From the NCBI GenBank assembly GCA_963663965.2, contig CAXXFK010000013.1, positions 64,001 to 128,000 of the forward strand: a stretch of 64,000 nucleotides of DNA, read 5' to 3'. Position numbers and translations under genes: made by a program. Of the stretch, positions 57,635 through 64,000 are shown one piece after another. This DNA comes from Sedimentisphaerales bacterium. GTDB lineage: Bacteria > Planctomycetota > Phycisphaerae > Sedimentisphaerales > SM23-30. Under the pieces are notes generated by a model, which ran no database searches, was not told the DNA's origin, and was given only the letters and a program-made list of their open reading frames with translations. Position 1 is the stretch's first letter; each line of letters starts with the position of its first letter.

Positions 57635-59173
57635 CTATTTAGTAACCGGTGCTGTTAATGTATAGTCATTGAGCCATGCAGCGGCTATGATAGCAAAATC
57701 TTTCAGGTTGGTGACACAGTCTTCGTTTAGGTCCGTTTCTTCCGACTGGCCGTTACCTTCACGAGTGGCCTGGCAGGCATCTTTAAACACTCTAAGTAAG
57801 ACAGAACCTTCCACCGGAGTTGGATTGAATACATCGCCAACCGAAACCGAAACCGTCACCGAAGCTTCTTCTGTACTGGCATGGGTCATAGTCACTTTCG
57901 GATCCGCATAACCGGAAAATGGACCGGTATAGGTATAAGTGACACCGCCACCAGGAGTAAATGAAACACCTTCGGCAGGATCTGCCGTCCAGGTTACCGT
58001 TACATTTGACTTACCGTCATCGCCAAGCCCGGAAACCAACTGAACTTCCTGACCGGACCAGGTAATCTGATTGTTCATGGCACTGAGCGTTGGGGGAAGG
58101 TCATCAGTAACATTAAATGAATAGACAAAACCTTCGATCGGTTCTCCAATCAGGACACCGGTGCCGTCTTTGCCATATATATAGGCATCCACTTCCCAGT
58201 AGTAGGTACCAACGGCCAGCGGGACACCTGGAACCGCTGCGGAAGTTCCCGTTGTCCCTGAAACGATCCTGGTGTAATTTGAGCTCAGCTTGTTCGGCTC
58301 AGTACCAAACCATACATCGTAGTAGATCGAATCTTCCGGAACATTCGGCTCCAGAACCTTTATGTCAAAATAATCATTCGACCAGATCAATTCTGTCAGA
58401 GCGGTATCTTTCACGGTAGATTCATCTGCCGGTGCTATATTCATGACCGTCGGAAAATCAATCGCGGTCAGGATCGTATTGCCGCCTGTTACCACGATAC
58501 GGACATTATTGTTATGGCCAAAACCCGTAATTCTTCCGTCTGTAACTTCTTGTTTGACATTACCGGATTCATTGCCGATAATCACGATCCTGCCAAATTT
58601 AATATCCACATTACTGTCCGGGTGGATGGCACTGACATCATTAAAGCGGTCCAGGTTCAGTTCGCCAACATTCACATTAACAAATCCGTAAGTACCGGCA
58701 TTGTTATAAAAGTTGCAGCCAAACCCGCCCTTGACTTCTACATATCCGCCGTTGATATCGAGCATGCCAATTCCATTGGCTTGCTGCCCGACCCACAGAT
58801 GGCCGCCAAATCGTGCCGAACCGCCGGTTTCAACGATCATGTGGGCGGTATTGTTGAATCCAATACCCGTCCAGTTGGTACCGGTATTCAGGGCTCCACC
58901 GTTAACGATACGGGTCACGCCGCCCGGTCCACCGTCACCCTGAACGATATAACTGCAAACCGCAGGGCCTGAGATAATACACTCGGCGGCATCAGGGATA
59001 TTAAACACCACTTTATCACTGCCAACAGGGATCGCATTGTTGTCCCAGTTTGCTGGGGTTCCCCAGTCACCGGTATCCGGTGGAGTAATTCCATTTGCTG
59101 CGGGATTCCACACAGCGGCACTTGCCAAACCGGCCATGCTCAAGATCATACATAATACTATTAAGTTTTTCAT
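57635..59173 (-). CDS. Secreted protein: beta-helix-like repeats, Ig/PKD-like domains, dockerin-like tail
   Basis: Signal peptide; DW...NW, GxLxIxGG repeats, YDVWFGT, YYWEVD, TDLNEDCVTNLKDFAIIAAAWL. Confidence 0.85.
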   Translation of the reverse strand: MKNLIVLCMILSMAGLASAAVWNPAANGITPPDTGDWGTPANWDNNAIPVGSDKVVFNIPDAAECIISGPAVCSYIVQGDGGPGGVTRIVNGGALNTGTNWTGIGFNNTAHMIVETGGSARFGGHLWVGQQANGIGMLDINGGYVEVKGGFGCNFYNNAGTYGFVNVNVGELNLDRFNDVSAIHPDSNVDIKFGRIVIIGNESGNVKQEVTDGRITGFGHNNNVRIVVTGGNTILTAIDFPTVMNIAPADESTVKDTALTELIWSNDYFDIKVLEPNVPEDSIYYDVWFGTEPNKLSSNYTRIVSGTTGTSAAVPGVPLAVGTYYWEVDAYIYGKDGTGVLIGEPIEGFVYSFNVTDDLPPTLSAMNNQITWSGQEVQLVSGLGDDGKSNVTVTWTADPAEGVSFTPGGGVTYTYTGPFSGYADPKVTMTHASTEEASVTVSVSVGDVFNPTPVEGSVLLRVFKDACQATREGNGQSEETDLNEDCVTNLKDFAIIAAAWLNDYTLTAPVTK

Positions 59174-59281
59174 TTTTTATCACCTTTTAAAATATTTATT
59201 TTTAATAAATGGTAAACATTTAATACTATAATACTGGACGCTTGGGATTACTCCCAGGCATCTGACAGATCATAAACTTAA

Positions 59282-61822
59282 TTAGTCTTCAATGGGGCCG
59301 GTCAACGAGTAATCATCAAGCCATGCGGCCGCAAAATCTGCGAAATCATCGAGATCGGTAATGCAGTCCTTATTAAAGTCGGTTGGATTATCGGCCGCTA
59401 GAGCCTTGCTTAAAGTCGCCTTGCAGGCCGTATCATACACATCGATCGTCATGGAATCCGTCTTGGTATCAGGATAGGTTTCGTCGTTGATCACAACGGT
59501 TATCGTCACAGGAATCGGATCCGCGGACGGCTCGGCACCTGCCGGCATATCATAGGTAACCGTTAATGTCGCACGATTAGAAACTTCAGCCATACCAGCG
59601 TAGCATTCGATCTCCTGAACCGGAGTGGTCCCGCCAGTAAGAGGATCAGCCAGAGCCAGATAGACATCCGGGTAGATCATCAGTGCCAAATTGTTATTCG
59701 GCGACCACCCTTCACGATTGACAATCTCCTGGATCAGAACCTTAATATCAGGAGTATCCACTTTTGAACCAACCGCGGGACTGCCGGCAGGCGCCCAAGC
59801 AACCGATGCGGCCGATTTTTCGCGAGTGATAATATTGGGATCCGCCAAAAAGTCCGGCGCATTATCGACCGGCTGAACAAAGAGGGTAAAATCGTTGCTG
59901 TTGCCTTCATATTCATTGCCCGGATTTGACACGGTAAAGGTTATCTTCGCGCTGTTGATAGTCGAACCTTGAGGGATCCCCAGATCCTTGAACACCAGAC
60001 CCACAGTCTGCCAATCCAGACCGCCGACATCTTCGGAACCAACCTCCAGGCCCGTACGCTGCAAATCGAAACTGCCATAATTGCTGTCTGTATTCAACGC
60101 GTGGTTATTGATATGCTGTTCGGCATCATATTCCTGACCGGCAATTGCATTCGATGTCGTACGCTTGCTGGTGTCAACCGTAACGGTTGGAGTTGCCATA
60201 TCAGGATCGGCCGGATCAAAGGTCACACCATAGCCGGGCTCTGCACTCCAGTTATAATGGGTTACCGATGTCGAAGGAGGATCAACAGCCACCGCGTTTA
60301 AGGGAGTGGCCTGACCCGACCAGGAGATCATGTCGTCACCGAGATCGACTGAAACCACCGGCTTGTCATCGGTCGCCATAAAGGACCATTGGTCTCCGGT
60401 ACTCACCGTGGGTTCACCCGGTCCGCCATAAGAGGTGGTCGCGGGATCACCTTCAAGATAGGAGTCCACTCGCCAGACATATGAGCCATTGACGGGAAGA
60501 GTTGCTTCCACTACCAGGCCGTTGGTATCCTGGCCATCTACGATCTTCGTCCAGGTACCCGTGTCAGTGCCAAACCATACATCAACATATGTCGTAGTGA
60601 TATTCGAATTGGGATCGGCCGTATTGGGATCGGCATCGATCCAATCCAATATTACCTTTCTTTCTTCACCTTCTTCCAATGAGACAAATCCATTATCGGC
60701 AGGGGAGGGATTCCAGGCCTTATGGAATGTCGCTGTTATTATCGTCTTGTCGGGAATGGTCGTGGTATCATAAACCAACTCGCCCTCGCCGCCATAGGCA
60801 GTAATGTAGCCATCGTCAACATAACGCTTGAATGTTGTCGGGTCGGTCAGTATCAGTGTGCCTTTTCTGAAATCCATCCTGGGTTGAGCGGTTGTGGCAC
60901 CGGCCCACTGCATCTCTGCATGGTGAGCTGTAATCGTACCGCCATAAAGTAAAACGGTTCCTCTGCTGCCATTGTCCCTGGACACCGTCAATGGGCCGCC
61001 GGTTGTAATCGATCCGCCGTTCATCATTAAGGTACCTGTGCCATTCTCAGCGACATAAAACACACCGGTCCCCATTGTAATCGCGGCGTTATCGTTCATG
61101 GTCAACTCGCCTGCACCATCGTCGCCAATCTTAAGATAATCAGCGCCGGTAAGCGTGATTGACGCATTGTCATTCATAATGACATACCCCTTGCCTGAAC
61201 CGTTATCTCCGAACTGCAGATCATTGCCGACGGTCATCGAACTGTCATCGCTCATGATCAGCTCGGCTGTACCTGAGACTCCAAATGTCACTAGATCAGA
61301 AGCCTGGATCCGCGAATTGCCGCTCATGACAATTTTGCCATAACCAATGACAGCAGAACCGACAATCAGGTCTCTGCCATTTGGCAATACAATCTTTCCG
61401 TCACCAGTCATATTCACATATCCCATCGCCTCACGGCCGACAGTCAGGTTATTGCTGTCAACCGTAACAACGCCGCCGCTGACATTAAAGGTTCCGGCCC
61501 TGTCGGTACCGCCGTTATATCCAATGATAAACCAGCTTTTTGCCAACAGCGTACCGCCGGTGATGCCAAGAACGCTGCCGGGTAAAGAATTGGTCAGGTC
61601 GATCTCTAGAGTAACGGCATCACCTGAAACAATAATCGGGCCGTTGGTTATTGTGCCGCGGATATTTGTCTTCTGAGTCGCGTTGGGTACACCACCGGTC
61701 CAACTGCTTGCCTCCCACCAATCTGGATTTGCGTTGCCATTCCAGGTCGTTTCTGCCAAGGCGCTGCCAACCATTCCCGGCACCATCACTAACATCGCCA
61801 ATAAACATAATAATTTTCTCAT
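59282..61822 (-). CDS. Secreted paralog: longer beta-helix repeat region, Ig/PKD-like domains, dockerin-like tail
   Basis: GGAGG RBS before ATG 61822; xxxG...G.G.L.M repeats, VDVWFGT, YVWRVD, TDFNKDCITDLDDFADFAAAWL. Confidence 0.85.
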   Translation of the reverse strand: MRKLLCLLAMLVMVPGMVGSALAETTWNGNANPDWWEASSWTGGVPNATQKTNIRGTITNGPIIVSGDAVTLEIDLTNSLPGSVLGITGGTLLAKSWFIIGYNGGTDRAGTFNVSGGVVTVDSNNLTVGREAMGYVNMTGDGKIVLPNGRDLIVGSAVIGYGKIVMSGNSRIQASDLVTFGVSGTAELIMSDDSSMTVGNDLQFGDNGSGKGYVIMNDNASITLTGADYLKIGDDGAGELTMNDNAAITMGTGVFYVAENGTGTLMMNGGSITTGGPLTVSRDNGSRGTVLLYGGTITAHHAEMQWAGATTAQPRMDFRKGTLILTDPTTFKRYVDDGYITAYGGEGELVYDTTTIPDKTIITATFHKAWNPSPADNGFVSLEEGEERKVILDWIDADPNTADPNSNITTTYVDVWFGTDTGTWTKIVDGQDTNGLVVEATLPVNGSYVWRVDSYLEGDPATTSYGGPGEPTVSTGDQWSFMATDDKPVVSVDLGDDMISWSGQATPLNAVAVDPPSTSVTHYNWSAEPGYGVTFDPADPDMATPTVTVDTSKRTTSNAIAGQEYDAEQHINNHALNTDSNYGSFDLQRTGLEVGSEDVGGLDWQTVGLVFKDLGIPQGSTINSAKITFTVSNPGNEYEGNSNDFTLFVQPVDNAPDFLADPNIITREKSAASVAWAPAGSPAVGSKVDTPDIKVLIQEIVNREGWSPNNNLALMIYPDVYLALADPLTGGTTPVQEIECYAGMAEVSNRATLTVTYDMPAGAEPSADPIPVTITVVINDETYPDTKTDSMTIDVYDTACKATLSKALAADNPTDFNKDCITDLDDFADFAAAWLDDYSLTGPIED

Positions 61823-62349
61823 TATCAGACTACCTCCAATCAAAAAGGAGTAAAAAATTGCCGACGCCTTAACGGTTGAAGCAAGGACGGCATAACACTA
61901 TCAAATAATAATAAAAACCCTTTACATGAATTTTTTTTTCTCTCATGCCACTTTTCCTCCGACATAAACACGCACAGGCGTTTAACTGATGCCGAGCCAG
62001 ATCCCCAGCAAGAGATGTCTCTGTTTGTCCTACTTATTATTTGCATAAAGCCGAGCAAAAAAGTAATAAAACTTACAATATGGCATAAAATGAAAATACT
62101 TAACTGCAAGCCAATAAAAAGTTTTGCGTTTAATTCTATTATAGACAAAATCGGCAAACAAAAAAGCCATTATAAGAAAATCATTATCCATTTTAGGATA
62201 TTTTGTTTTTTTCCGAATTCTGCTATACTGTCGGAAGCCCTTTGGCAAACAACAATCGAAAATTAACAACAGGCACCATAACCACCTTTTAATACAGCAC
62301 TTACATATTTAAAAAAACAGCCCCCCATCAACCAAGGACAGAAAAACGC

Positions 62350-63519
62350 ATGGACAGACCACCAAAAATAATGCTACAGATCGAAGCAGAAACCAGCAGT
62401 TACGGCCGGCGATTCTTACGCGGTATTATAAAATACTCCAAGCTCCACGGCCCCTGGAGCTTTTATCGCAACCCCCCATTTTATGCACACTCCCATATCA
62501 CTCCCAAAAAACACATTTCCCAGCTTAAAAAAGTCCGTGCCGACGGTATAATTGTCCGACAATCAGATCCGGCCCAGGTAAGACCTTTCCTAGCCCTTGG
62601 CATACCGATCGTCGCCTCGCCCTATTTCCCCGATCCAGTCATTCCGACTATCGCGACAAGCAACGAGAAAATCGGGGCACTGGCCGCTGAACATTTTACA
62701 GAAAGAGGTTTCCATAACTTTGCCTACTGCGGCTTTGAGGATATGCACTGGTCGGTAAATCGCCATAAATGCTTTGTTAAGGAAATTGAAAAATCCAACT
62801 ACAAAGTCCATTCATTCCTCTCTCCGCTCAAATCCGTTTTCAGCCCCGAAGCAATCATTCGGCCAAAATTAAAAAAATGGCTGCATTCCCTGCCAAAACC
62901 CATTGGCCTGATGGCCTGTAACGACGACATGGGATGCTTCATTCTGGATATTTGCCAGGAAGCTGAAATCCTGGTTCCAGAACAGATAGCGGTTTTGGGT
63001 GTAGACAACGACGAGTTAGCTTGCGAAATTGCCGAGCCGCCCCTGTCCAGCATAGACCTGCTGGCAAGTAACGCCGGATACCGGGCGGCTGAGCTGATGG
63101 ACCACATGCTAAATGGCGAACCAATGAGCGGCCAGGTCCTCGCTCATCAGCCCTCTTATGTTACCACTCGCCAATCCACAGACATAATCGCCGTGAAGGA
63201 TCCCGATGTTGCCGCGGCACTGACCTATATAAAGAAAAATTACAATAAAGATATCACTGTCGATGATGTGGCACTTGCCGTCCATCTCTCAAGCCGCCAT
63301 TTGTTCAAAAAATTCAAGCAAACTCTCGGCTATTCGGTTTACAGGGAAATCAAAAGTCTGCGTATCCGGCACATCTGCAGCCTGCTGGCCGAATCAGATA
63401 TGTCGATCTACGAGATCACTCTGTCCCTGGGATTCACAGGCATCGAACATATCTCACGCTACTTCAAAGAAGCCATGGGTATAAGCCCCACAGAATATCG
63501 AAAACAATATCGGATATAA
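62350..63519 (+). CDS. XylR-type transcriptional regulator (LacI-like ligand domain + AraC HTH)
   Basis: YGRRFLRGI, AAEHF.ERG, LPKPIGLMACND, VLGVDND, PPLSSID, RQSTD, C-terminal SRYFKEAMGISPTEYR. Confidence 0.93.
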   Translation: MDRPPKIMLQIEAETSSYGRRFLRGIIKYSKLHGPWSFYRNPPFYAHSHITPKKHISQLKKVRADGIIVRQSDPAQVRPFLALGIPIVASPYFPDPVIPTIATSNEKIGALAAEHFTERGFHNFAYCGFEDMHWSVNRHKCFVKEIEKSNYKVHSFLSPLKSVFSPEAIIRPKLKKWLHSLPKPIGLMACNDDMGCFILDICQEAEILVPEQIAVLGVDNDELACEIAEPPLSSIDLLASNAGYRAAELMDHMLNGEPMSGQVLAHQPSYVTTRQSTDIIAVKDPDVAAALTYIKKNYNKDITVDDVALAVHLSSRHLFKKFKQTLGYSVYREIKSLRIRHICSLLAESDMSIYEITLSLGFTGIEHISRYFKEAMGISPTEYRKQYRI

Positions 63520-64000
63520 TTATCCTATAAAATCAAACTGAACTGAGATGACAACTGTTTTCAAGCAATTGGTCTATTCTCCTGATTTTCAGTCAAAATT
63601 TCCCCTGACCTGCGTTCCCATTCCTGTCCAAAACCAGTATATCAGTTACCCGCTCCCCACTTCCTCTCCACTCAAATCCAGAATGTCAAAGACGCTGTAC
63701 AGCCGCTGGGAGGGATTTTTGAGGGATTTCGATCTGACCCTTAAAACAAAAAGCACTTGTAAGGTTATCTTTTACAAGAGTTTGAGAATATCGCGGCGGC
63801 CGGAAATGTTCCGGCGACTTGCGGGCTGTGAATCTCTGGCTGAAAAACCAAGGCGGAATTGAGGGGCTCTCAATTCGACTTATTTCACCAGATGAAAGGA
63901 GATGGGCCGGGCTGGAATTCTGGCCCCTCCACGTGGGAGGGGGGAGCCGGGTTGATGGGCTGGTGAAGGGATGGCCGGTTGGGTTATGGGGGTTAATGTG

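Overview
Bacterial chromosomal window, most likely Planctomycetota (Phycisphaerae/Sedimentisphaerales-like; inferred from LEPRxLL and dockerin-like tags, the VPAPGA sorting signal, and EF-Tu/RpoB signatures). 1-9.8 kb: two divergent giant secreted-protein genes; one runs off the left edge and is absent from the ORF track, the other is split by two compensating homopolymer frameshifts. 10.1-27 kb: tRNA-Thr, tuf, rpmG, tRNA-Trp, secE, nusG, rplKAJL, rpoBC, rpsLG, fusA, with no S10 operon after it. 27-64 kb: housekeeping genes (manA, ilvD, comM, hsp20, aldo-keto reductase, serA) mixed with secreted GLUG/LamG/beta-helix proteins, a sulfatase and a XylR-type regulator. The most striking unexplained signal is a rigidly spaced ~57-bp motif, TA(A/T)(G/A)-N17-(G/T)TTA-N18-TTGG(G/C)TTCGTTTGG. 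It occurs six times, all on one strand, in two G/T-skewed islands (38.9-40.8 kb and 56.4-57.2 kb). These islands also hold an orphan ORF, duplicated RBS-micro-ORF units, 8-10-nt periodic repeats, and a perfect sigma70 promoter followed by a boxA-like element. A candidate anti-Shine-Dalgarno sRNA (46.6-46.7 kb) and a sigma54 promoter for hsp20 were also seen. All calls were made by eye; no database searches were run.
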